Assembly (NCBI GenBank): GCA_032718475.1
Contig: JAUCBJ010009141.1
Location: forward strand, 62,001-126,000
From: Nemertoderma westbladi
Taxonomy: Eukaryota; Animalia; Xenacoelomorpha
Reading direction: 5' to 3'
DNA length: 64,000 nt
In this document: one piece after another, positions 26,719-40,100 of the stretch
How the letters are laid out: each line of letters starts with the position of its first letter
Position numbering within the stretch: position 1 is the first letter of the stretch
Position numbers and translations under genes: made by a program
The notes under the pieces: model-generated
The model's database searches: none
Told to the model about the DNA's origin: nothing
Seen by the model: only the letters and a program-made list of their open reading frames with translations

Positions 26719-26876
26719 CTAATTGGACTAACTGCTTCCAGGTTGGTCTAATGCTAGCGCGGACTGGAGAGCCAATAGGAGAGCGATTGCATCACCCTTA
26801 TTGCATCACCCCACTCGGATCACCTATAAATTGGCGGTTTGCCGGTAGAGCTGTACCTATCCTATTCCCTCAGTCC
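26719..26876 (+). promoter_or_regulatory. Putative Pol II promoter of the LTR
   Basis: ATTGG (~26722), CCAAT (26772), two ATTGCATCA (26786, 26800), TATAAA (26825) and Inr-like TCAGTC (~26870; spacing from TATA longer than canonical). Confidence 0.5.
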
Positions 26877-28548
26877 TTATTACCAATCCTATATCACCCT
26901 TCACCTACTTTTAGGAGTACAATTTGTGCGTATTTTTCTGCATTTCTACCCCTTTGATTAATTTTCTTGAAATGATTTGCAAATTTATAATTTCTGTTTG
27001 ATTCTTGTTGTGTTTCTCAATCAATCTCAAAGATTACTGCTAATTACATCATGGAACTGTGATTTCTACCTTTTAGTTAATGGTTCTATGTAATTATTTT
27101 CGACGCAATAATCCTACGGGATTTCTGAGACTGTCAGACTTGTGATTTGCATGCGCCGCTACGGTAGCTATTAGAATAATGGAGGGCTAAGTTGCCAGTA
27201 GGCGGTGGGCTCATCGGGGGGTTAGCGATGAAGGGAGTGCGGAGGATTCAAAAGCGGGCAATGCTGGCGGGGGTCAACGTTGCGGTCGGGCAATTTGGGC
27301 TGTAGGTTGGAGACCGCTCGCTGGTACAGTAATTAGGGGGCTGATGATCCAGGTTTTGTCTCTATTTAGTATTAGGGGGGCAGGAATTGGGTTAGTTAGG
27401 AAGCCTAGATGTACCCGGGAGGGGCCTGCATACCTCACAGTAAGTAAGTAAGTTGCGAGTAAGTAGATTGCGAATTAGTCAATTGCGAATTATTATGTTG
27501 CGAATTATATAATTGCAGATTGTATAATTGCAAGTCGTGCTATTGTGATCTGTGATTGCTGAAGCTGATTGGTGTGTTACTGAAGTGTGCCTATGATTAC
27601 GAATGCTTAGATAGGCGCCCCTTTCTCTTTGATTTATTTCTATTTCTTAGTTACAACAAATAATTACTGATTAGGTCAAAGTAATACGGCAATTTAGGCT
27701 ATTACTAGCGAAACCTGTTGTGTAATAAATTAGAATTACACATTCTGGAACTCTTAGTAATTAGTACGCTGTTATATATTTGTGACTGTAATTGATTAGT
27801 AAAATTAAGAATTAGTACGCAGCATAGCGGAGAGTAGCTAAGGTAATAATTTAGAGTACCGTAAACTATTCACGCTAGGCGGTTATTTGCATTGGCGGGC
27901 AACAGGCTAGATCGCAATAGTTAGTACGCAAGACACTAGTGAATTGCTGGCCTAAAGCAAGCTGCAGGCAAGTTTAGACCCAGAGCGGTATCACCCACGA
28001 AAGACATTGTACTGTACCATTTTTGATTATTTAAAATATTCTCGCATTCACATATTCCGTTAGGGAAACCCCAGTATTCGCGATTAGAAAAAGACGTAAG
28101 CATTGGCGTATTTCAGTGGTAAAATTAGGCGTAAGAATACTCTGAGTGCAAAGCCCCTCACACTCGTCTTAAGTAAGCTTAGGGAGCCGACTCGGGTTTA
28201 TTGTTTTGGTTATTCCCGCGTGACTCATAGATTCGAACAGTTAGCTCTCTATCGAGCGATCGGTAGAGAAAGGAACAAGCGATTTTGCAGGAGCTGTGTA
28301 AATTTAGTAAAATATATTAGCGGACGGCAGATTAGCGCCATCCAACGGTAAGTAGCGGTTTTGTATTTAGCAACCCTTACAATTTAGAAATAGCACGCTC
28401 CTGATCCCCTTTACTTAACAGTAGAGCAGTCTTTGTGTCTTATTCTGTTATTGGTTAGGCGAGAGCTCATTAGGTTGGCAGAGAGCAATACGGGTATTTG
28501 TCTGTTCAACAGTTCTGCTGTTAGTATAGGTGTCGCGGTTGTTTATCA

Positions 28549-31500
28549 GAAGTAATAAGCTGTTATTTGCTACGTCTTTCCACTGAAGATGAATGAATTT
28601 TGATTGTGTCAGAAAACCCCCTATCTGTGGTTGTATGAGTTGAGAGATAAGTAGCCTATCTCCCTATTAATATTGTTGTGTTCTAGAATATTTATTATAG
28701 TTTCATCACATTGCTAAAGTGGCTGGAGCTAAAGTTATTATGTAATGCAATAATTCACCTCAAATATCTCAGCTATTTGATGAACATAATGAAGTATTAA
28801 ATCCATGTCAAAATCCTTGGTGTTTTTCTGCAATAATTTATCAAAATATACTCTGATTTTTTACAAAAACCATATCGATTTTCATATTTATAACTTCTAT
28901 CCCACTCCACGAGATAGAGAATCTTAAATGAACGTCAAAAGAACAGGTAACACTTACATTTATAGCAGTAATCAGCTGTTATTTGCTACGTCTTTCCGCT
29001 GGAGATGGATTAATTTTGATTGCGTTGGAACACCCCCTATCTGTGGCTTTCTGAGTGGAGAGATAAGTATCCTATCTCCCTATTAATATTGTTGTGTTCT
29101 AGAATATTTTTTATAGTTTCATCGTATTGCCAAAGTGACTAGAGCTGAAGTTAACTCATAATACAATAATTCACCTCAAATATCTCAGCTATTTCATGAA
29201 CATAATGAAGTATTAAATCCATGTCAAATTCCTTGGTATTTTTCTGCAATAATTTATCAAAATATCCTCTGATTTTTTTCAAAAACCATATCAATTTTCA
29301 TATTTATAACTTCTATCCCACTCAACGAGATAAAGTATCTTAAATGAAATTCAAAAGAACAGGTAACACTTACATTTATAGAAGTAATCAGCTGTTATTT
29401 GCTACGTCTTTCCGCTGGAGATGGATGAATTTTGATTGCGTTGGAACACCCCCCTATCTGTGGCTTTCTGAGTGGAGAGATAAGTATCCTATCTCCCTAT
29501 TAATATTGTTGTGTTCTAGAATATTTTTTATAGTTTCATCGTATTGCCAAAGTGACAAGAGCTGAAGTTGTCTCATAATACAATAATTCACCTCAAATAT
29601 CTCAGCTATTTCATGAACATAATGAAGTATTAAATCCATGTCAAAATCCTTGGTATTTTTCTGCAATAATTTATCAAAATATCCTCTGATTTTTTTCAAA
29701 AACCATATCAATTTTCATACTTATAACTTCTATCCCACTCAACGAGATAAAGAATCTTAAATGAAAGTCAAAAGAACAGGTAACACTTACATTTATAGAA
29801 GTAATCAGCTGTTATTTGCTACGTCTTTCCGCTGGAGATGGATGAATTTTGATTGTGTCAGAACACCCCCTATCTGTGGTTGTATGAGTTGAGAGATAAG
29901 TAGCCTATCTCCCTATTAATATTGTTGTGTTCTAGAATATTTATTATAGTTTCATCGCATTGCTAAAGTGGCTGGAGCTAAAGTTATTATGTAATGCAAT
30001 AATTCACCTCAAATATCTCAGCTATTTCATGAACATAATGAAGTATTAAATCCATGTCAAAATCCTTGGTATTTTTCTGCAATAATTTATCAAAATATCC
30101 TCTGATTATTTTCAAAAACCATATCAATTTTCATATTTATAACTTCTATCCCACTCCACGAGATAAAGAATCTTAAATGAAAGTTAAAAAACAGGTAACA
30201 CTTACATTTATAGAAGTAATCAGCTGTTATTTGCTACGTCTTTCCGCTGGAGATGGATGAATTTTGATTGTGTCAGAACACCCCCTATCTGTGGCTGTCT
30301 GAGTTGAGAAATAAGTAGCCTATCTCCCTATTAATATTGTTGTGTTCTAGAATATTTATTATAGTTTCATCGTATTGCTAAAGTGGCTGGAGCTAAAGTT
30401 ATTATGTAATGCAATAATTCACCTCAAATATCTCAGCTATTTCATGAACATAATGAAGTATTAAAGCCATGTCAAAATCATTGGTGTTTTTCTGCAATAA
30501 TTTATCAAAATATCCTCTGATTTTTTTCAAAAATCACATCGATTTTCTTATTTATAACTTCTATCCCACTCCACGAGATAGAGAATCTTAAATGAACGTC
30601 AAAAGAACAGGTAACACTTATATTTATAGCAGTAATCAGCTGTTATTTGCTACGTCTTTCCGCTGGAGATGGATGAATTTTGATTGCGTTGGAACACCCC
30701 CTATCTGTGGCTGTCTGAGTGGAGAGATAAGTAGCCTATCTCCCTATTAATATTGTTGTGTTCTAGAATATTTATTATAGTTTCATCGTATTGCTAAAGT
30801 GGCTGGAGCTGAAGTTATTATGTAATGCAATAATTCACCTAAAATATCTCAGCTATTTCATGAACATAATGAAGTATTAAAGCCATGTCAAAATCCTTGG
30901 TGTTTTTCTGCAATAATTTATCAAAATATCCTCTGATTTTTTTCAAAAACCATATCAATTTTCAAATTTATAACTTCTATCCCACTCCACGAGATAAAGA
31001 ATCTTAAATGAAAGTCAAAAGAACAGGTAACACTTACATTTATAGAAGTAATCAGCTGTTATTTGCTACGTCTTTCCGCTGGAGATGGATTAATTTTGAT
31101 TGCGTTGGAACACCCCCTATCTGTGGCTTTCTGAGAGGAGAGATAAGTATCCTATCTCCCTATTAATATTGTTGTGTTCTAGAATATTTTTTATAGTTTC
31201 GTCGTATTGCCAAAGTGACTAGAGCAGAAGTTAACTCATAATACAATAATTCACCTCAAATATCTCAGCTATTTTATGAACATAATGAAGTATTAAAGCC
31301 ATGTCAAAATCATTGGTGTTTTTCTGCAATAATTTATCAAAATATCCTCTGATTTTTTTCAAAAATCACATCGATTTTCTTATTTATAACTTCTATCCCA
31401 CTCCACGAGATAGAGAATCTAAAATGAACGTCAAAAGAACAGGTAACACTTACATTTATAGCAGTAATCAGCTGTTATTTGCTACGTCTTTCCACTGGAG

Positions 31501-34500
31501 ATGGATGAATTTTGATTGCGTTGGAACACCCCCTATCTGTGGCTGTCTGAGTGGAGAGATAAGTAGCCTATCTCCCTGTTAATATTGTTGTGTTCTAGAA
31601 TATTTATTATAGTTTCATCGTATTGCCAAAGTGACTATAGAGCTGAAGTTGACTCATAATACAATAATTCACCTCAAATATCTCAGCTATTTCATGAACA
31701 TAATGAAGTATTAAATCCATGTCAAATTCCTTGGTATTTTTCTGCAATAATTTATCAAAATATCCTCTGATTTTTTTAAAAAACCATACCAATTTTCATA
31801 CTTATAACTTCTATCCCACTCAACGAGATAAAGTATCTTAAATGAAAGTCAAAAGAACAGGTAAAACTTACATTTATAGAAGTAATCAGCTGTTATTTGC
31901 TACGTCTTTCCGCTGGAGATGGATGAATTTTGATTGCGTTGGAACACCCCCTATCTGTGGCTTTCTGAGTGGAGAGATAAGTATCCTATCTCCCTATTAA
32001 TATTGTTGTGTTCTAGAATATTTTTTATAGTTTCATCGTATTGCCAAAGTGACTAGAGCTCAAGTTGTCTCATAATACAATAATTCACCTCAAATATCTC
32101 AGCTATTTCATGAACATAATGAAGTATTAAAGCCATGTCAAAATCCTTGTTGTTTTTCTGCAATAATTTATCAAAATATCCTCTGATTTTTTTCAAAAAC
32201 CATATCAATTTTCATACTTATAACTTCTATCCCACTCAACGAGATAAAGAATCTTAAATGAAAGTCAAAAGAACAGGTAACACTTACATTTATAGAAGTA
32301 ATCAGCTGTTATTTGCTACGTCTTTCCGCTGGAGATAAATGAATTTTGATTGTGTCAGAACACCCCCTATCTGTGGCTGTCTGAGTTGAGAAATAAGTAG
32401 CCTATCTCCCTATTAATATTGTTGTGTTCTAGAATATTTATTATAGTTTCATATTTTATTTCATATTATAGTTTCAGCTATTTCATGAACATAATGATGT
32501 ATTAAATCCATGTCAAATTCCTTGGTATTTTTCTGCAATAATTTATCAAAATATCCTCTGATTTTTTTCAAAAACCATATCAATTTTCATACTTATAACT
32601 TCTATCCCACTCAACGAGATAAAGTATCTTAAATGAAAGTCAAAAGAACAGGTAACACTTACATTTATAGAAGTAATCAGCTGTTATTTGCTACGTCTTT
32701 CCGCTGGAGATGGATGAATTTTGATTGTGTCAGAACACCCCCTATCTGTGGCTGTCTGAGTTGAGAAATAAGTAGCCTATCTCCCTATTAATATTGTTGT
32801 GTTCTAGAATATTTATTATAGTTTCATCGTATTGCTAAAGTGGCTGGAGCTGAAGTTATTATGTAATGCAATAATTCACCTAAAATATCTCAGCTATTTC
32901 ATGAACATAATGAAGTATTAAAGCCATGTCAAAATCCTTGGTGTTTTTCTGCAATAATTTATCAAAATATCCTCTGATTTTTTTCAAAAACCATATCAAT
33001 TGTCATATTTATAACTTCTATCCCACTCCACGAGATAAATAATCCTAAATGAAAGTCAAAAGAACAGGTAACACTTACATTTATAGAAGTAATCAGCTGT
33101 TATTTGCTACGTCTTTCCGCTGGAGATGGATTAATTTTGATTGCGTTGGAACACCCCCTATCTGTGGCTTTCTGAGAGGAGAGATAAGTATCCTATCTCC
33201 CTATTAATATTGTTGTGTTCTAGAATATTTTTTATAGTTTCATCGTATTGCCAATGTGACTAGAGCAGAAGTTAACTCATAATACAATAATTCACCTCAA
33301 ATATCTCAGCTATTTTATGAACATAATGAAGTATTAAAGCCATGTCAAAATCATTGGTGTTTTTCTGCAATAATTTATCAAAATATCCTCTGATTTTTTT
33401 AAAAAATCACATCGATTTTCTTATTTATAACTTCTATCCCACTCCACGAGATAGAGAATCTAAAATGAACGTCAAAAGAACAGGTAACACTTACATTTAT
33501 AGCAGTAATCAGCTGTTATTTGCTACGTCTTTCCGCTGGAGATGGATGAATTTTGATTGCGTTGGAACACCCCCTATCTGTGGCTGTCTGAGTGGAGAGA
33601 TAAGTAGCCTATCTCCCTGTTAATATTGTTGTGTTCTAGAATATTTATTATAGTTTCATCGTATTGCCAAAGTGACTATAGAGCTGAAGTTGACTCATAA
33701 TACAATAATTCACCTCAAATATCTCAGCTATTTCATGAACATAATGAAGTATTAAATCCATGTCAAATTCCTTGGTATTTTTCTGCAATAATTTATCAAA
33801 ATATCCTCTGATTTTTTTAAAAAACCATACCAATTTTCATACTTATAACTTCTATCCCACTCAACGAGATAAAGTATCTTAAATGAAAGTCAAAAGAACA
33901 GGTAAAACTTACATTTATAGAAGTAATCAGCTGTTATTTGCTACGTCTTTCCGCTGGAGATGGATGAATTTTGATTGCGTTGGAACACCCCCTATCTGTG
34001 GCTTTCTGAGTGGAGAGATAAGTATCCTATCTCCCTATTAATATTGTTGTGTTCTAGAATATTTTTTATAGTTTCATCGTATTGCCAAAGTGACTAGAGC
34101 TCAAGTTGTCTCATAATACAATAATTCACCTCAAATATCTCAGCTATTTCATGAACATAATGAAGTATTAAAGCCATGTCAAAATCCTTGTTGTTTTTCT
34201 GCAATAATTTATCAAAATATCCTCTGATTTTTTTCAAAAACCATATCAATTTTCATACTTATAACTTCTATCCCACTCAATGAGATAAAGAATCTTAAAT
34301 GAAAGTCAAAAGAACAGGTAACACTTACATTTATAGAAGTAATCAGCTGTTATTTGCTACGTCTTTCCGCTGGAGATAAATGAATTTTGATTGTGTCAGA
34401 ACACCCCCTATCTGTGGCTGTCTGAGTTGAGAAATAAGTAGCCTATCTCCCTATTAATATCGTTGTGTTCTAGAATATTTATTATAGTTTCATCGTATTG

Positions 34501-35546
34501 CTAAAGTGGCTGGAGCTAAAGTTATTATGTAATGCAATAATTCACCTCAAATATCTCAGCTATTTCATGAACATAATGAAGTATTAAAGCCATGTCAAAA
34601 TCCTTGGTGTTTTTCTGCAATAATTTATCAAAATATCCTCTGATTTTTTTCAAAAACCATATCAATTTTCATATTTATAACTTCAATCCGACTCCACGAG
34701 ATAAAGAATCTTAAATGAAAGTCAAAAGAACAGGTAACACTTACATTTATAGAAGTAATCAGCTGTTATTTGCTACGTCTTTCCGCTGGAGATGGATGAA
34801 GTTTGATTGCGTTGGAACACCCCCTATCTGTGGCTTTCTGAGTGGAGAGATAAGTATCCTATCTGCCTATTAATATTGTTGTGTTCTAGAATATTTTTTA
34901 TAGTTTCATCGTATTGCCAAAGTGACTAGAGCTCAAGTTGTCTCATAATACAATAATTCACCTCAAATATCTCAGCTATTTCATGAACATAATGAAGTAT
35001 TAAATCCATGTCAAAATCCTTGGTATTTTTCTGCAATAATTTATCAAAATGTCCTCTGATTTTTTTCAAAAACCATATCAATTTTCATATTTATAACTTC
35101 TATCCCACTCCACGAGATAGAGAATCTTAAATGAACGTCAAAAGAACAGGTAACACTTACATTTATAGAAGTAATCAGCTGTTATTTGCTACGTATTTCC
35201 GCTGGAGATGGATGAATTTTGATTGCGTTGGAACACCCCCTATCTGTGGCTTTCTGAGTGGAGAGATAAGTATCCTATCTCCCTATTAATATTGTTGTGT
35301 TCTAGAATATTTTTTATAGTTTCATCGTATTGCCAAAGTGACTAGAGCTGAAGTTAACTCATAATACAATAATTCACCTCAAATATCTCAGCTATTTCAT
35401 GAACATAATGAAGTATTAAAGCCATGTCAAAATCATTGGTGTTTTTCCTCAATAATTTATCAAAATATCCTCTGATTTTTTTCAAAAACCATATCAATTT
35501 TCATATTTATAACTTCTATCCCACTCCACGAGATAAAGAATCTTAA
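28549..35546. repeat. ~416-bp satellite array, block 3 (~17 monomers)
   Basis: Resumes at GAAGTAAT. Contains a 2041-bp duplication (31301/33342, 31607/33648). Confidence 0.98.
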
Positions 35547-37107
35547 CCCTATTAAACCCGGGGGGGGGGGGTCAATATGACCCCCCCCGTGGTTTTTTTA
35601 TTATAATTCTGAAACAAACGCAGTTGGGAATCTGAAATTTTATGACTTTTCCTAAAAATCTATTGTCTTCATGGTAGTGAAAACCGTTTTCAAAAATATT
35701 GGGTACTTTTCGAGTTATAGCACCATTTTTTAACCCTACTTTTGGCACTTTTTTTGAGACGTTTTTTGAAAATTACATTTCATTAAATATGAATTGTAAC
35801 ATCTCGGTTTTTGATTTACACCTGTTTTTTGGTGTTAGAAATTGGATGGAATTCATATAAATTGATTTAGAAATTTCAGACTTGTTTTTTTCGATGGGTA
35901 CCAAATTTTGGTGCCAGCACCAAATTTTGAAATAAGTAAATTTTGTAAATTGATTGTTTGAAAGTTGTTTTTTACGCAATTGTGGTTTTTTGAGGTTCTG
36001 AATTCGATGAAATATATACGAGTTGAACCAAGCGTATCAAACTTGTATTTTTCGGTGCTGTGTGTTAATTTTGGTGCTAGCACGAAATTTTGAAAATCCA
36101 TTCAATATATAAAATTGCTTGTGACAATTTATTTCTTGCGTTTTAGAGGTTTATGGCTGTTCTGAATTCAATGGAAAATATAATTATCGAACTAGACATC
36201 TCAAACTTGTATTTTTCGGATGTGGGTGCAAAATGTGGTGCTAGCACCAAATTTTGAAAACCATCAAATATATCAATTGATTGTGTCACCTTGTTTCTTG
36301 CGTTATACGGGTTTGTGATGGTTCTGAATTCATTGGAATCAGTAAAAATTTCATAAGAGTTCTCTTAGTGTTCTCTTCTTTTTCGCCGGTGGGTGAAAAT
36401 TGTTGTACCAGCACCAAATTTTGGAAAATATACAAATTGATAAGTAGATAGTATCACCTTGTTTCTTGCGTTATACGGGTTTATGAGGGTCCTGAATCCG
36501 ATGGAATCAATAAAAACAGCACTGGACATCGCAAACTTGTACTTTTTGGTGATGGGTACGAAATTTGGTGCTAGCACCAAAATTTGCTAAATTACGCCGA
36601 AAAATACAAGTAGCAATGATCTGGCATATTAGAAATGTATTCCATTAGAATCAGCGCCCTCGAAAACCTGAAAATGTGAATTTATAGCATCGTATAAGTG
36701 AATTAAAAATTTTGTGTTCTAACTGAAAAGTGCTGGTTATTTGTTTTTTTCATTTTTTTCCTACGCAGAGAGGACTAAACAGCCATTTATAGTAATCATA
36801 TCATTTTTAAATATTTTCCAATGTATTTTGCACCCCAAAAAACCTGTATTGAAAAATAATTAGCCGAAAATGTAACTTTCAAATTTTGTGAAAATTGTGC
36901 ACTACTTGTAATTTTGGTGCTGCAATATAACCACCCCAGTACATTTTTTCGAAAATTTTTTTTTCGGTCGGATCCAGACAAGTGATACCTACGTACAAAC
37001 AAAAAATCAGACGTTTTCGTAAATATTTGTAGATTTTAGAGGGGGGGGGGTCAATATGACCCCCTCCCGGTATTTGTACAACATTTTATAGCCCGGTACT
37101 AATAGGG
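35547..37107. mobile_element. piggyBac-type non-autonomous element (MITE), 1561 bp, clean insertion in the satellite TTAA
   Basis: TTAA duplicated (35543-46, 37108-11) and the monomer continues in register. Imperfect TIR CCCTATTAAACCCGGG / CCCGGTACTAATAGGG. Subterminal palindrome GGGGGTCAATATGACCCCC at both ends. Confidence 0.95.
35800..36595. repeat. ~164-bp tandem repeat (~5 diverged units) inside the MITE
   Basis: Core (T)GGTGCTAGCACCAAATTT recurs at ~35909, 36073, 36237, 36403 and 36567. Confidence 0.85.
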
Positions 37108-40100
37108 TTAAATGAAAGTCAAAAGAACAGGTAACACTTACATTTATAGAGTAATCAGCTGTTATTTGCTACGTCTTTCCGCTGAAGATGGATGAATTTT
37201 GATTGTGTCAGAACACCCCCTATCTGTGGCTGTCTGAGTTGAGAAATAAGTAGCCTATCTCACTATTAATATTGTTGTGTTCTAGAATATTTATTATAGT
37301 TTCATCGTATTGCTAAAGTGGCTGGAGCTAAAGTTATTATGTAATTAATGCAATAATTCACCTCAAATATCTCAGCTATTTCACGAACATAATGAAGTAT
37401 TAAAGCCATGTCAAAATCCTTGGTGTTTTTCTGCAATAATTTATCAAAATATCCTCTGATTTTTTACAAAAATCATATCGATTTTCATATTTATAACTTC
37501 TATCCCACTCAAAGAGATAAAGTATCTTAAATGAAAGTCAAAAGAACAGGTAACACTTACATTTATAGAAGTAATCAGCTGTTATTTGCTACGTCTTTCC
37601 GCTGGAGATGGATTAATTTTGATTGCGTTGGAACACCCCCTATCTGAGGCTTTCTGAGTGGAGAGATAAGTATCCTATCTCCCTATTAATATTGTTGTGT
37701 TCTAGAATATTTTTTATAGTTTCCTCGTATTGCCAAAGTGAATAGAGCTGAAGTTAACTCATAATACAATAATTCACCTCAAATATCTCAGCTATTTCAT
37801 GAACATAATGAAGTATTAAAGCCATGTCAAAATCATTGGTGTTTTTCTGCAATAATTTATCAAAATATCCTCTGATTTTTTTCAAAAACCATATCAATTT
37901 TCATACTTATAACTTCTATCCCACTCAACGAGATAAAGAATCTTAAATGAAAGTCAAAAGAACAGGTAACACTTACATTTATAGAAGTAATCAGCTGTTA
38001 TTTGCTACGTCTTTCCGCTGGAGATAAATGAATTTTGATTGTGTCAGAACACCCCCTATCTGTGGCTGTCTGAGTTGAGAAATAAGTAGCCTATCTCCCT
38101 ATTAATATCGTTGTGTTCTAGAATATTTATTATAGTTTCATCGTATTGCTAAAGTGGCTGGAGCTAAAGTTATTATGTAATGCAATAATTCACCTCAAAT
38201 ACCTCAGCTATTTCATGAACATAATGAAGTATTAAAGCCATGTCAAAATCCTTGGTGTTTTTCTGCAATAATTTATCAAAATATCCTCTGATTTTTTTCA
38301 AAAACCATATCAATTTTCATATTTATAACTTCAATCCGACTCCACGAGATAAAGAATCTTAAATGAAAGTCAAAAGAACAGGTAACACTTACATTTATAG
38401 AAGTAATCAGCTGTTATTTGCTACGTCTTTCCGCTGGAGATGGATGAATTTTGATTGCGTTGGAACACCCCCTATCTGTGGCTTTCTGAGTGGAGAGATA
38501 AGTATCCTATCTGCCTATTAATATTGTTGTGTTCTAGAATATTTTTTATAGTTTCATCGTATTGCCAAAGTGACTAGAGCTCAAGTTGTCTCATAATACA
38601 ATAATTCACCTCAAATATCTCAGCTATTTCATGAACATAATGAAGTATTAAATCCATGTCAAAATCCTTGGTATTTTTCTGCAATAATTTATCAAAATGT
38701 CCTCTGATTTTTTTCAAAAACCATATCAATTTTCATATTTATAACTTCTATCCCACTCCACGAGATAGAGAATCTTAAATGAACGTCAAAAGAACAGGTA
38801 ACACTTACATTTATAGAAGTAATCAGCTGTTATTTGCTACGTCTTTCCGCTGGAGATGGATGAATTTTGATTGTGTCAGAACACCCCCTATCTGTGGCTG
38901 TCTGAGTTGAGAAATAAGTAGCCTATCTCCCTATTAATATTGTTGTGTTCTAGAATATTTATTATAGTTTCATCGTATTGCTAAAGTGGCTGGAGCTAAA
39001 GTTATTATGTAATGCAATAATTCACCTCAAATATCTCAGCTATTTCATGAACATAATGAAGTATTAAAGCCATGTCAAAATCCTTGGTGTTTTTCGGTAA
39101 CACTTACATTTATAGAAGTAATCAGCTGTTATTTGCTACGTCTTTCCGCTGGAGATGGATGAATTTTGATTGCGTTGGAACACCCCCTATCTGTGGCTTT
39201 CTGAGTGGAGAGATAAGTATCCTATCTCCCTATTAATATTGTTGTGTTCTAGAATATTTTTTATAGTTTCATCGTATTGCCAAAGTGACTAGAGCTCAAG
39301 TTGTCTCATAATACAAATATTCACCTCAAATATCTCAGCTATTTCATGAACATAATGAAGTATTAAAGCCATGTCAAAATCCTTGGTGTTAATTCACCTC
39401 AAATATCTCAGCTATTTCATGAACATAATGAAGTATTAAAGCCATGTCAAAATCCTTGGTGTTTTTCTGCAATAATTTATCAAAATATCCTCTGATTTTT
39501 TTTAAAAACCATATCAATTTTCATACTTATAACTTCTATCCCACTCAACGAGATAAACAATCTTAAATGAAAGTCAAAAGAACAGGTAACACTTACATTT
39601 ATAGAAGTAATCAGCTGTTATTTGCTACGTCTTTCCGCTGGAGATGGATGAATTTTGATTGTGTCAGAACACCCCCTATCTGTGGCTGTCTGAGTTGAGA
39701 AATAAGTAGCCTATCTCCCTATTAATATTGTTGTGTTCTAGAATATTTATTATAGTTTCATCGTATTGCTAAAGTGGCTGGAGCTAAAGTTATTATGTAA
39801 TGCAATAATTCACCTCAAATATCTCAGCTATTTCATGAACATAATGAAGTATTAAATCCATGTCAAAATCCTTGGTGTTTTTCTGCAATAATTTATCAAA
39901 ATATCCTCTGATTTTTTTCAAATACCATATCAATTTTCATATTTATAACTTCTATCCGGCTCCACGAGATAAAGAATCTTAAATGAAAGTCAAAAGAACA
40001 GGTAACACTTACATTTATAGAAGTAATCAGCTGTTATTTGCTACGTCTTTCCGCTGGAGATGGATGACTTTTGATTGCGTTGGAACACCCCCTATCTGTG

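Larger units (their letters stand above)
14361..28548 (+). mobile_element. BEL/Pao LTR retrotransposon, 5'-deleted and decayed, with long 3' region and nested insertions
   Basis: Domain order Gag-PR-RT-RH-IN with Pao-type motifs over 14367-21602. The non-satellite sequence ends ...TTTATCA at 28548 (LTR-type CA end). Assigning everything from 21603 to 28548 to this element is inference, because there is no 5' LTR to compare. Confidence 0.75.
25936..28548 (+). repeat. Putative 3' LTR (~2.6 kb)
   Basis: Purine tract GAGATGGGAAATGGGGGA just before TGT at 25936; CCAAT and TATA promoter at 26772-26830; AATAAA at ~27724; CA end at 28548. The start is uncertain (alternative TGT at 21671) and no second LTR is present. 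Confidence 0.5.

Noticed and set aside
25860-28548. 5' half (ORF1/endonuclease) of the minus-strand LINE split by a nested BEL insertion
   Set aside because: No minus-strand endonuclease or ORF1 frame is visible here, there is no LTR at 14360, and the plus strand shows LTR-like promoter and CA-end features instead.
35773-37002. ORFs inside the 1.56-kb MITE as transposase remnants
   Set aside because: They are short, derive from the internal 164-bp repeat, and lack piggyBac DDD motifs.
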